Positions 1 through 11,839 of a stretch of DNA of 64,000 nucleotides are shown piece after piece. Under the pieces are notes generated by a model. It did not search any database. It was given only the letters and a program-made list of their open reading frames with translations, and was not told where the DNA came from. The DNA is from Isurus oxyrinchus (Eukaryota). Positions within the stretch are counted from its first letter, which is position 1. Every line of letters starts with the position of its first letter. The position numbers and the translations under genes were made by a program. The DNA lies in the NCBI GenBank assembly GCA_026770705.1, contig JANJGN010000031.1, positions 13,020,001-13,084,000 of the forward strand. Reading direction: 5' to 3'.

Positions 1-539
1 CAAGTTTTGAGAACTCAGCCTTAATGAGGGCCGCATTTCGCTCCTACAGGGGACTTCGAAGTGTCGAAGGCCTGGGGCTGTTGGTTGCCTTCTCCCAGTG
101 TCAGCTGCTTGTACTCATTCCGATGTTTTGTGCCCTCTGCTCCTGTCCTCCTGCCGCTGAGACCTGATGGGTTTGGATGTCGGACCTCCCTTGCAATTGC
201 TCGAGTCCCAGCCCAGTGACGGTTGCTGCCCCTGCCCCTCTTTCCCAATCCACCCCTTTTTTGGGGGGGGGCGGGTGGGGTAGGAACCTTAGTCTTTTGC
301 TTTAACGCGCGCCCCCCTGTTTGCGAACCTTGAGCCTCCTGGTCCATGGATCGATGGAAGCCCCTCTTACACCGGAGGCAGGATTCGCTCGTCCCACGTC
401 AGAGACATTGGGTGGGTGGGTGGGGAGGGGGCGTTGAGGAAATAATTTCGGCTGATGCGACACCGGGTGGTTGGGGAGGGGGGAGGGGGGGGTGTGGGGA
501 GGGAGGGGTGGCGGCTGAGGGACCCTTGTGAACCCTCGA

Positions 540-812
540 GGCCCCAGAGAGTGAGAAAGGATTTTGAAGGCGGCCAGGGGAGTCGTCCCAGCAAAAACCC
601 CGCTCCCCCGCCCCCACCCACCCCCACTCGGCCAATATCTCCCCCTCCGCAAACGTCACAGGAGCCGACTACCCGGTCATTTATTTTGTGGGAGCTTGCT
701 GTGCCGCGCCCCCCGCCCCCCCCCTGCGTTACAGCGCCCCGTTGGCCGTGAAGTGCTTTGCGCCGACCCGAGGTTGTGAAAGGCTGCGGGCGCCTCTCTT
801 ACTTTCTTTCTT
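540..812 (+). mobile_element. Degenerate, GC-shifted DeuSINE (SacSINE1-like) 3' half
   Basis: Retains 'ttttgaag..cagggagt', 'ggccaatat', 'ttgtgggagcttgctgtg' and 'gaggttgtgaaaggc', collinear with the better copy at 27290-27890. Confidence 0.6.
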
Positions 813-983
813 TATTTCCTCCTGAGTCCTGCCCCCTCCCCCCCTCTGTCTCTCGGCCGTGATTGGCTGATCGTGCTGTGCACAATTCGCTTGCTGTGAT
901 TGGCTGGCAGCATTGGGTCTGGTTCAAAAATAACTTTTTTTAGGTTTTGAACATTATGAGGCCAGGGGCCTAACTAACCAGGG

Positions 984-1345
984 GGCGGTGGTGACATCGT
1001 GGGAATATCACTAGACTAGTCATCCAGAGGCCCAGGTTAATGCTCAAGGGGGTACAGGTTCAAATCCCACCATCGTAGAATTTTAAATTCAATTAATAAA
1101 ATCTAGGATATAAAGCTAGCTTCAGTAATGGTCACCATGAAACTACCGCCAGTTGTTGTAAAAACCCATCTGGTTCACTAATCCCCTTTAGGGAAGGAAA
1201 TCTGCCATCCTTACCCAGTCTGGCCTACATGTGACTCCAGACTCACAGCCATGTGGTTGACTCCTAACTGTCCTCTGAAATGGCCTTAGCGAGTCACTCA
1301 GTTCAAGGGCAATACAAGTACTGGTCTTTGCAGCGATGCCCGTAC
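984..1345 (+). mobile_element. tRNA-derived SINE (family A; 3' tail shared with LINE family B)
   Basis: B-box-like 'ggttcaaatccc'; core 'ctggttcactaat..tttagggaaggaaatctgcc..tggcctacatgtgactccag'; tail 'aagggcaa..gcgatgccc'. Paralogs at 19845, 31370, 33110 and on the minus strand. Confidence 0.85.
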
Positions 1346-1440
1346 GTTAAAGAATTTTTAAAAATCTCAATTTCTTCCTTGTTTTCTATCCTGAATTCTG
1401 CCTCCTTAAAGAGGCGATGGTTAGAATCAGAGGTATCAGT

Positions 1441-2233
1441 TGTTATGATCCCCTTGGAGACCGATAACTTTTAAAAAGAGATGAGCTTCCCAAATGACTA
1501 ACGGAAATGACCGAGGGGCAAGATTTCTCGTTTTGAGACTTCTACTGTAACAAACAAACTAAAATCAACAGAGATCAAACATTAATTAACAGGTAACTAA
1601 TACACCAAATTGAAGAAAAGGTACTTTCACATCAACTGACCGCTGCAATTGAGGTATATTTTACCATCACTTGCGTTGTGCACTGTAGTTCCAGCAGCTA
1701 TAAAACATTACAGGATGAAGTCCAATGTTACTCCCAGCTCTCCAGCAGGATTGCTTCTCCCTGCTGTGCTAGTTGCAACTTCCAGTGTCCTTTGAAAGTC
1801 GTTTCACTCAGTCTGAGTCTTCCACATCCAACTTCCACTACCGAGGCCCACCTTGGCGACTCCTTGTTGCTTAACTCTCCAAAAGTCCCATCTGTTCCGT
1901 TCCCTTCCTTTCAAATAGAAAACAAATTCTTACAAGCATCCTGCTTCACCACAACAGTGGCTGCTTTGCTCCTCCATATGGCAGTATCTGCCTTGTCTCT
2001 CTCTCTCTCGGTCTCTTTCAAAAATCAGCTGTTACCTTTCTATGAGTTGCTGTCTAGAGGCAGGACAATTATCACTTGATTTCAATAGGTTTCTGTTTTA
2101 GTTGCGCCCCATGGCAACCAGATCACATAGGCATGTCTCCGAGCTGGAGTGCTTCTGGAATTCACAATTTTACCTTAAGCTAGAGGAAGCATTTTAAAAT
2201 ATAACCATCTTGTAAAGTTCAGCATTTGTAGCA
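1441..2233. mobile_element. Probable solo LTR
   Basis: Begins TGTTATGA and ends TGTAGCA; flanks tcagt/tgagt form an imperfect 5-bp TSD; non-coding. Confidence 0.45.
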
Positions 2234-3104
2234 TGAGTATGTCACAGAAATCACAAAGTCACATTTACATTAGTCCCAATTCTAACTCCCCGAGCCTGCC
2301 TGAATCAGAACATGAATAAAGCTAAAATAAGGGCAGCGATTTATTCCCTGTGGAGCTACCATCACCCTATTGTCATTCCATTGTGTCCCACTGTTAACCT
2401 GCTGGAAGGCAGTGAGCTCCCTTTTAAATATCCAGATCGGGTCCCATTAACAATCTGTTATCTTAACCGGAGCTCCATGCAGTGGAAGTAGTTCCATCCG
2501 ATCTTTGACCTCCACCTGAGAGGGCAGATAGGGCCTCAGTTTTGAAATGTCCTCCAGTAGGTTTTCTTGTGGGCCACAAGGGGCTCCCCTGGCCTCACCG
2601 GAAAGCTTTGGAACTCCCTTACCCCCCAGGCACCCCCTTTGCAATTGCTCCTCCACTTACCTGATTGATGGGGCCTATTGCCATATGTCCCTGGCTGCAG
2701 CCTCCTGAAGCCCTCATTCCCGCTCCTGCTACCCAGGAAGTGGATCCGGCTGCATTTGGGTGGGAGTCCAGGGAGATGTATTCTAACGAGGCCAAGCAGT
2801 TCGGCTGCATGGGGCATCACAGGCAAACAACTTTCGAGGTTTGTGACAGAGCTGTTGATTTCTGACTCCCAGCTGCCATCTGATGGTCACTTCAAGCCTA
2901 GCGACTCGTTAAGTATCTTGTGCTTTAGTTGTGTCTTGACCTGAGTCTGCTTCACCTCTTCACCCAACCAATGTCACTAAAAATACTTTGGCCCTTCCAC
3001 CTTTCTGCTGTTATACCCAAACAGCCCTGTTCATTCCTTCCCTGCCAGATTCATTGGAAAATGAAGTGTCAGATCCTCTACGTGTGCCAGTCCGCAGTGG
3101 GTTA

Positions 3105-3800
3105 AAAAAAAACTTGCATTTTTTTTTTATAGCACGTTCAACAAAATAAAACATTCCAAGATGCTCCTCATGGGACACCGAGACCCATATGGAGATGTCA
3201 GGGAAGATGACCGAAGAAATGGTCAAAGAGGTCGGTTGTAAGGTGTGTCTTAAAGGAGGAAAGTGAGGTCGAGAGGGGGGAGGGGTTTAGGGACGGAATT
3301 CCAGATCTTGGGGCCCAGACAGCTGAAGGCACGGCCGCCAGTGGTGGAGCGATGGGAATCGGGGGGAACGCTCAAGAGGCTGCTTAGAGGAGGGCAGAGA
3401 TCTCGCGGAGGGTTGTGGGCCTGGAGGAGATTACAAAGATAGGGAGGGAGAGAGAGAGGCCATGGAGGGATTTGAAAACAAGGGTGAGAATTTTAAAACC
3501 AGGATGTTGCTGACTGGGAATCCAAGTGAGCCAGGAGGTGGAATAAAACACGGAGAGTGCTGGTAAAACTCATCAGGTCTGGCAGCTTCTGTGGAAGCAG
3601 AGTTCACGTTTTGAGTCCAGTATGACACCTGTTAACCCGTTGAGTCTTTCCAGCACTTTCTGCTTTTTTTTCAGGTCTCCGGCACCTGCAGTATTTTGCT
3701 TTAATTTTAAGTCACTTGGTGAAAGGGATTTGGTGAAAGTTAGGACAAGGGCAGCAGAGTTTTGAGTGGCCTGATGTTTAGGAAGGGTAGAATGTGGGAT
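3105..3800 (-). mobile_element. L2-like LINE 3' remnant interrupted by a Penelope terminal-repeat fragment (~3543-3702)
   Basis: Reverse-complement L2-type 3' end ('..gtgctata..aatgcaagtttt') and body 'aattccagatcttggggccc..gctgaaggcacggccgcc..ggatttgaaaacaagggtgagaattttaaa'. The insert matches the Penelope terminal repeat. Confidence 0.65.
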
Positions 3801-4741
3801 GTGGGCCCCAGTCAAGCTTTATTTCATTATTCGTTCATGGGACATGGGTGTTGCTGGCTAGGCAACTTGTTGCTGACCTCTTTCAAGACCTTCTAATGTA
3901 GTGTCTTTTAAGACAGTTAAACTACCTTTGTCTGTTGTGACCTGTGCAACACCAGCTCCCATTAGACCAGCACCCAAAAGAGCAATTTTCTCAATTTCCT
4001 TCTGTGGTTTTCCAAACGTGTCCTTCTTGCATGTTACTTGACCGGATAAAGTCCAATCAGTGCCTTTGATTCATTTGTCATCACCAGTTCTCCAAATTTC
4101 TGTGATTCATTTACATAACCAGCATCTGATCCCTGCTCTAATCCAGTTTTCACAACCTCAATAATCTTCAGTGGGGCAGGATCTCTAATTGCCCTTGTTC
4201 AGAGGGGCAATAAAGAGTGAACCACATGGCTGTGGGTCTGGAGTTACTCGTAGGCCAGACCAGGTAAGGATGGCAGATTTCCTTCCCTAAAGGACACGAG
4301 TAAAGCCTAGAGGTACCAAAGGCATGGATGAGGGTTTCAGCAGGCTGGGCTGGAAAAGGCTGATGATATGGAGATGGAGATTGGCACTCTTAGCAATGGC
4401 GTGGATTTGTTCCCATTCTCTCTCTGGGCACCACACCCTAAGGGAGCATTGGTGACCATGAGCCTCCATGTTAATCTTGCTCTAGAGACTTGGGTCATCT
4501 TCACTGGTGGTAACATTCATCCAGTTTGTGAGGCTCTTCAGAAAGATCATTCTTTGTCCATCTCGATCTCTTTTATCATCGATCTTTCCCATCAGCATCA
4601 GACTTCCTAAATCATGATTTCTTATTAAGCACCCAAAAAACACCAACTGTCACGTCCTGATCATGGTTAGCAGAGTTCTTTTGGTCTCTGATTTTACTAG
4701 CACCTCGTCATTGGTTGTGTGACTTGGCCAAGATTTTTTTT

Positions 4742-5198
4742 ACTATTTGTTCATGGGACATGGTCTTCGCTGGCTGGGCCAGCATTTATTGCCCATCCCT
4801 AATTGCCCCTTGAGAAGGTGGTGGGTGAGCTGCCTTCTTGAGCCGCTGCAGTCCGTGTGGTGTAGGTACACCCACCGTGCTGTTAGGGAGGGAGTCCCAG
4901 GATTTTGACCCAGCGACAGTGAAGGAATGGCCGATATGTTTCCAAGTCAGGATGGTGAATGGCCTGGAGGGGAACTTCCAGGTGGTGGTGTTCCCATGTG
5001 TCTGCTGCCCTTGTCCTTCTGGGTGGTAGTGGTCGTGGGTTTGGAAGGTGCTGTCTAAGGAGCCTTGGTGAGTTCCTGCAGTGCATCTTGTAGATGGTGC
5101 ACACACTGCTGCCACTGTGTGTCGGTGGTGAAGGGAGTGAATGTTTGTGGATGGGGTGCCAATCAACTGGGCTGCTTTGTCCTGGATGTTGTCAAGCT
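4742..5198 (-). mobile_element. LINE family B (CR1/L2 superclade) 3' fragment
   Basis: Translates KLDNIQDKAAQLIGTPSTNIHSLHHR..SFTVAGSKSWDSLPNSTVGVPTPHGLQRLKKAAH; near-identical to the copies at 9817, 43280 and 50025. Confidence 0.9.
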
Positions 5199-5372
5199 TC
5201 ATTATTCACCTCAAAAAACATATCACTACAGCCTCAATTCTTCCCTGCATTGCTTCACTGATTATCCAGCTCTTGCTTCTGTATGTCAACATTGATTTGA
5301 TGTAGCATTTCAGGATTGTCAGCTTTGTTTTCATAGCGAATTTTGAGTCAATTATAAGCTTTTTCATTTTTT

Positions 5373-6282
5373 TTGTTACAATTATAAGGTTTATAGGATA
5401 GTTATGTTTTAGGACTGTGTCTTTAACTTAGGGTAAGATTAAGGGAATCATGTGACCTGTTCTGAAAGCAGATCTGGGTGACGTGGCTGTTAAAGATTGA
5501 AGGAAAACTCAGATTGTTCTTACTGAGAAGAAGGTGTGAGGTGTTCACACTTAGTCACTTACAATAGTCAGACTGGTAGTCTCAAAGGTCCCAGGAAAGT
5601 GTTGAGAATGTCATGTTGCAACGGGTTATGCTTTAACCTGGCTGTTTGATTCCACAATAGAATAGAGTTGGAGTCTAAAGAATAACTAATCAACGTTCCT
5701 ACCTGGATATAAGGCCCATGTGATTTATGTTGTCATGGAGATGGGTAATGAGAGGAGCAGAGTTTCTAAGGTATCCTTTAAAATCTCAGACAAGTTAGTC
5801 TTCCAGGATCTGGGGGAGAGAGAGCAGCTGGAGGCCAAAAGTCTCTATAGTTTGCTGCACAGGAATACTGGTGGGAGCTCACCCTCGGATCTGAAAGATC
5901 AAATTCATGAGGATTAGGAATGAGCCTGGAAGATTCAGCCAGCTTGAGTTAGAGGGAGAATCACCAGGAAAATCCCTCGACACAAAAGACAGTTCTGGGG
6001 CTAAAAGTTACCAGGCTGGGAAAGTAAAGGAAAGGAAAGGAATGAAAGTAAATCCTTGGGGGGCTAAGAATCACTTTAGACTGGGTCTGGGAAAATCGAA
6101 TGACTATTTAAGGGACAGTGTAAAGCATACCTGAGAAGTGTGTTTTCAGATGGATTAAAGGTAAAAGGGGAAAGTTTTGTTCCATATTTTAAAGTAGAGT
6201 TGCCTACAAAATTAGTGTTTAGTCAATGGTGCTTTTAGTCTGTTTGTTACAGTAAGTGTTTAAAATGTGGAAACTTGCCATG
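5373..6282. mobile_element. Probable LTR-derived repeat
   Basis: Starts TGTTACA, contains 'atcatgtgacc', has no long ORF and ends at a hAT-like MITE. No TSD verified. Confidence 0.35.
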
Positions 6283-6656
6283 TAGGGTTGCCAACTGTGA
6301 TTAAATGTGTTCCTGGAGGTTCCATCACGTGACTCACCCCCCAGGTTCCAGCCATTAGTCGGCCAACCCGTCCATCCTTGTGACGTACGGCCTTCCTACG
6401 CCAATTAGAATGTGAAAAGGCTCATTACCCAATTGGCTGATGCTTGGCTGTCAGCTAAAACAACCTTTCCACTGCCACCCCCACCATTATCTTGATATCT
6501 AGTTAAGAGAAATGTTCAAAAGGAATGACAAAAAAAAAGCAACCTTTCTGAACGTCCGGATGATTTTTCTCTCCAGGGTTGCACACAGCGGTGTCCTGGA
6601 GATTGATCTTCAATCCCTGGAGACTCCAGGTCAGCCCTGGAGGGTTGGCAACCCTA
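6282..6656. mobile_element. Non-autonomous DNA transposon (hAT-like MITE)
   Basis: Perfect 13-bp TIR TAGGGTTGCCAAC ... GTTGGCAACCCTA. Fragments of the same family at ~9597-9665, ~10980-11249, ~21770-21850 and ~35610-35686. Confidence 0.7.
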
Positions 6657-7023
6657 AAAGGTCACATCATCCTTTCTGCTATCAACTTGGCAGTTTGAAT
6701 TTCTTCTTCGAAGTTAACAGTGTCTGTGGAGATTGTGATAACGTGTGGTTGGAAGCTCACTTCAGAATTAGACGTGACGCCAAGGTTCCGGCTCAGCTTC
6801 AGACAGTTGCCGGGGAGATTGATGGAGTCAGTGGTTAGGGGGTGGAGTTTGAGGTGGGGAATGACCCACTCCTGCCTGGTGTAATGTGGCCTGTGTGTGT
6901 CAGCTCTCCTACATGCACAGTACATGCTGGGAGGATGCTGGTTACAGATTGGTATGTCTCAAAGCAGCCCCGTAGTCTTCTGTAGGTTAAGTGTAAGTCT
7001 TTATTGACTAGACCTATTGACAC

Positions 7024-8005
7024 TGTTACCACCGGGATGGGAGAAGTGCACAGATTCTCTAGCTCCATTACTCCACAGGTCAGACCCATTAATTTAAAAG
7101 TTTAACTCACTCACCAGAATGGCCAATTATTTACCTTCACAACTGTTAGACCCAGAATAAAAGAGACTTTAACCAGGCCCCTTTCAATAAACTCAGTATG
7201 ATCAATTTATTATAAAACAAAGCTTCATTTTTTAAAACAAGTTGCAAGGACTAGTTAACACACAATTGCAATCTGGAAGTTTAGCTATCTATCCCCTTTA
7301 AAGTTCCCCAGCACACACACACACACACACAAACAAAGGAGAAACAAATAGGGGTCTCTGCAGACATAGGCAGTTGAAGAGTAGACTTTATATTTAAAAA
7401 AAGGATTAAGTTTGCAGGGTTTCGACGCTGTCAGTCTGGATAGCTCCCTTGCGTGAAGACAGATCGCTAGTCCCAGTAATGGCCTGGATGTTCTCACCAA
7501 AGGAGCTTCGGCCTGGAGGAGAATAGAGCCGGTGCAATCCTCCTTGTCTCTGCCTCTTGGGCTGCCAAGGATGGACAAGTTCCACCAATGTGAGGATTCT
7601 TAGCTGGATATTGACAGTCACACAGTTTCAGGTAAGGCAAAGAGAGTGTGAGCTGGCAGCATTTCCCCTTTCCTGATTCAGTCCCAACTGAATTAAAAAA
7701 ATAACAAGTTCAAAACTTAAAGCTCATCTCTGTCATGTGATTTCCAGTAAATCACTAGCCTTTGCCTTTAAACCAGTGTTTTCCCCATCCATTAAAATAA
7801 TTGCATTGCAAACAGGCAAACATCTCTTTCCCATCAAGTACCATGCTGGTCAGGTGATCTCTTGGAAAAGGCTCCCAGTCCAAAGGTGAACTTATGACCT
7901 TTTTAAAAAAAATTCCAAGTCAGCTTCCAAGAGTTTAAATAATGCCAAGTCCATCCAAATCTTAACAGAAAATATTGGCCCTTAAAGATATGTTTCCCAG
8001 CAACA
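7024..8005. mobile_element. Probable solo LTR
   Basis: TGTTACC...AGCAACA termini, internal (CA)n, non-coding; architecture similar to 55197-56283. Confidence 0.45.
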
Positions 8006-8483
8006 TACAGTACAATAAAGGGTACAGGCTCGGAGCTGTCTCCATGTCTAGGCCTATACACGTCTCTGCTCAACACCATGCTGACCCTGGGTCTGGGTCA
8101 TGTGCCTTCGTGCATCACTACGCGGGTGGTACTCTACTCAGTCCCATATTAACCCCACATATGCCAGTCCCATGTACTGCAGTGCACATGGTTATCAGAC
8201 TTGTATATGCGCAGCAATCTGAGTAAGGTGTATATGCAAACCACCTGACATTTAGACATATTCAGGATGGAGCAGTCCGTGGCCAGTGGTGTGCTCGATT
8301 AGTGAAGGTTTCTTGGTGCAAGTAAACCGAGAGGGAAATTTAAAAAAAAGAAATACGCTGCTGGCAGTAAAAATGACCATGAAGGTGTTGGAATATCAGA
8401 AAAACTCAAATGGCTCACCAACATCCTTTAGGGAAGGAAATCTGTCGTTCAAACTGGCTTGTACATGCCCATAGCAACATGAT

Positions 8484-8715
8484 CAAAGCAAAATACAGCG
8501 GATGCTGGAAACCTGAAACAAGAGCGGAAAATGCTGGACAAACTCAGCAGGTCTGGCGGCATCCGTGGAGAGAGAAGCAGAGTTAATGTTTCGGGTCCGC
8601 TTGACCCTCCTTTTAGCTCCGAAGACGAGTCATACGGAGGTAAAACGTCAACCCTGCCTCTCGCTCCGCAGCCGCTGTCAGGCCCTGCTGAGATTCCCCC
8701 TGCAATTGTCCAGTT
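8484..8715 (-). mobile_element. Degenerate fold-back Penelope terminal-repeat insertion inside a family A SINE
   Basis: Reverse-complement tail 'aaagcaaaatacagcggatgctggaaa', arm 'actcagcaggtctgg..gtttcgggtcc', then a degenerate inverted arm 'gagtcatacgg..aaaacgtc..cctgctgag'. The SINE (from ~8360) resumes at ~8717 and ends ~8860; 'tgcccatagcaac'/'tgccccacagccac' flank it as a decayed TSD. Confidence 0.6.
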
Positions 8716-9816
8716 CTGCCCCACAGCCACGGGTGGCCGACTCTCAGCTGCTCTCTGGAGTAGCCGAACGAGTCAACCAGCTGCGTCAAACCATCGAGGA
8801 GGCCCTCCAGTAGGGCAACAAAGGGTGGGCAACAAGTGCCAGCCTCGCCACATCCCGTACGTCCTCCGTTTGGCCCCTGGGGCTCGTTGTCTGACTCTTT
8901 TGTGGGCGATGGTTGAGCCGGGGCTGACCTCCCACGTGTGAGCAGTTGGCTGAGCTTCTGCGCCACCAGGAACCTGGGACTATCGCTTGCGATCTCTTTG
9001 ATTTGAGAAGAGGCGGAGAGATCTGTTAAACTGTGGCGCGGGCCGCAAACCTCTGGCCGGGCGGTTACCACAACAGCAGACGGGTAAAATGAGCAAGATC
9101 GGACAAAGGGTTTATTGTAATGGTCTGCCTGACCAGAGGTTGGAAATGACCGGGTTGTTTATCCTGCGCTCTTGTCAAACTGCAAATTGTGATTCGGTGC
9201 CTGGACTAATTCTAGGTGGAGGTTCGCTAACGGGAGGATCATTAAAATGCACCATTGTCATCTTTTCAAGGGGCTGGGCAATAAATGCAAAACTGTCAGC
9301 GTTGGCCATGCCCTACGAGCAGGTTAAAGATTCCGCACCATCCCCACTGCTGTCAGCTTCAGAGCGACTGTTATTGTAGATCAAGTCAGTCGGAGAATCA
9401 AAAAAAAGAAGCCCTTTGAAGATGGATCAGAGCAAAGGAACTTCATAAAAAATGCATCTCACGCACCCCATTAGAGCTACAATCAAACTCATAACATATG
9501 AGCGACCTGTCTTTGTACTGAGTGATTTGGTTTTCTTGCTGTGATCCATCATGTGGAAATGTTCCTCATTCAAGAACAGAGGCAGCCCCAAGCACAGGGG
9601 TTGCCAACCCTTCAGGGCTGGCCAGGAGCCTCCAGGACAGATCCATCTCCAGGACACTGTTGCGAACACGCACATCAGGCTACTTAATAAGATAAGAGCC
9701 CATGGTGTTGGGGGTAGTACATTAGCATGGATAGAGGATTGACTAACCAGTAGAGTTGAGATAAGGGGGCCATTTTCAGAATGGCAATCTGTGATGAGTG
9801 GAATCAGTGCTGGGGC

Positions 9817-10420
9817 CACAATGGCTACAAGAGCAGGTCAGAGGCTGGGAATCCTGCGGCGAGTCACTTACCTCCTGACTCCCCAAAACCTGTCCACCAT
9901 CTATAAGGCACAAGTCAGGAGTGTGATGGAATACTCGCCACATGCCTGGATGAGTGCAGCTCCAACAACACTCAAGAAGCTCGACACCATCCAGGACAAA
10001 GCAGCCCTGCTTGATTGGCACCCCATCCACTAACATTCGATCCCTCCACCACTGGCGCACAGTAGCAGCAGTGTGGACCATCTACAAGATGCACTGTAGG
10101 AATTCACTAAGGCTCCTTCGACACACATTCCAAACCCACAACCTCTACCACCTAGAAGGACAAGGGCAGCAGACACATGGGAACACCACCACCTGCAAGT
10201 TCCCCTCCAAGTCACTCACCATCCTGACTTGGAAATATATCGGCCGTTCCTTCACTGTCGCTGGGTCAAAATCCTGGAACTCCCTCCCTAACAGCACGGT
10301 GGGTGTACCTACACCACATGGACTGCAGCGGTTCAAGAAGGCGGCTCACCACCAGCTTCTCAAGGGCAATTAGGGATGGGCAATAAATGCTGGGCCCAGC
10401 CAGAAAAGCCCACATCCCGT
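9817..10420 (+). mobile_element. LINE family B 3' fragment
   Basis: ATRAGQRLGILRRVTYLLTPQNLSTIYKAQVRSVMEYSP..KKAAHHQLLKGN* followed by the tail 'gggatgggcaataaatgctgg..cacatccc'; frameshifted. Confidence 0.9.
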
Positions 10421-10932
10421 GATATACTGGCATTGGAGGCAGCCCAGAGAAGGTTCACTAGGTTGATCCTGGGTATGGAGGGATTTTCTTATGAGGAGAG
10501 GTTGAGTAGGTTGGGTCTGTACTTAATGGAGTTTAGAAGAATGAGAGGTGACTTTATTGAAACATATAAGATTCTTAGGAGGCTTGACAGGGTAGATGCT
10601 GAGAGGTTGTTTCCCCCTGTGGGAGAGTCGAGGACCAGAGGGCATAATCTCAGAGTAAGGGGTCACCCATTTAAGACAGAGATGAGGAGGAATTTCTTCT
10701 CTTAAAGGGTGGTGAATCTGTAGAATTCTTTACCGCAGAGGGCTGTAGAGGCTGGGTCATTAAGTATATTCAAGGCTGAGATAGACAGATTTTTAATCAG
10801 TAAGGGAATCAAGGGTTATGGGGAAGAGGCAGGAAAGTGGAGTTGAGGATTATCAGGTCAGCCATGATCCCACTGAATAGCAGAGCAGACTCGATGGGCC
10901 GAATGGCCTACTTCTGCCCCTATGTCTTATGG
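10421..10932 (+). mobile_element. CR1 LINE 3' fragment (5' piece at 9670-9816)
   Basis: DILALEAAQRRFTRLILGMEGFSYEERLSRLGLY..RRMRGD..RTRGH; 3' UTR 'gatgggccgaatggccta' and tail 'tatgtcttatgg'. Confidence 0.92.
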
Positions 10933-11459
10933 CTTAACTTTGGAGAACAATCATCGTGGCATTAAATAAACTGCATTGTTATAATTTCCTTGGAACATGC
11001 CTGTTAATAGTTACAAAAATATTAGAAGTGGAAAAAAAGCCTGTTTGACTGACGGTTAAGAAATCATCCAATTCGGTCATAAAGAGCCTTTCCGCTTTCT
11101 GATTGGCTGTGGGAAGGGAGTGGGGGGGGTGTGCCATAAGGATTAAGGTGTTGGACAACCAATGGCATGAAAGCCTCTGGGCCAGTTGGAGGCAGGAAGT
11201 CAATCTGCGAAACCTCCAGGATTATATTCAACTATAGTTGGTAACCCTAATAACCAGGCCTCTTGGACAAGATGACATCTCCGCCCTGTCTTCCTTGAGG
11301 TTCACTTGCTCGCTCGGCTGCTTTTCACACATGATTTTCAGATTCCTTCCTCTTGCCGGGGGTTGGGTCTGATGTTGCGCCAGTCACTTCTGCTGTAAGC
11401 AACAGCGATTTTGCGACCAGATTTCATTGTTAACTCTGGGATGATACTCAGTAATCTAC

Positions 11460-11832
11460 ATTGACTCCTGGTCGTGCAACACCTCAATATCCAAATTCTC
11501 ATTCTTGTTTTCAATTCGCCCCTCCCTAGCTCTGTAATCTCCGCCGGCTCTAGAACCCTCTATATCTCAGAACTCTGCCAATTCTAACCTCTTGTGCATT
11601 TCCGATCTTACTCTCACCATCATTGGCGGCTGTGTCTTTAGGTCTCTGGCCCAAAGCTCTGGGACCCTGATATCTATCCCCTTCTCTTCCTCTCTTTCCC
11701 CCTTTAAAACACCCCTTAAAACCTGCCTCTTTGACCAAGCTTTTGATCACCTGATCTAATAGCCTGGTTTTCTGCCAAGTTTTGTTACTGCTCCTGTAAA
11801 ACGCTTTGGGACATTGAAAGTCACTATGTAAA
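11460..11832 (+). mobile_element. L2-like LINE 3' remnant
   Basis: 'aaattctcattcttgttttcaa..cattggcggctgtg..ctctttgaccaagctttt..gctttgggaca..ctatgtaaat'; the same family appears inverted at 3105-3800. Confidence 0.65.
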
Positions 11833-11839
11833 TAATATA

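Noticed and set aside
1-530. Possible L1/Tx1-like ORF1 fragment (a similar suspicion applies to 63300-63716)
   Set aside because: The resemblance is compositional only, and I could not read a diagnostic motif, so I did not call it.
984-1075. tRNA genes at SINE heads
   Set aside because: A/B-box-like motifs are present, but there is no cloverleaf and they run directly into SINE bodies.
8531-9071. Overlapping 82-152 aa ORFs as a coding exon
   Set aside because: Most of the region is explained by a decayed Penelope hairpin and a GC-shifted SINE; the loss of stop codons follows from the GC shift.
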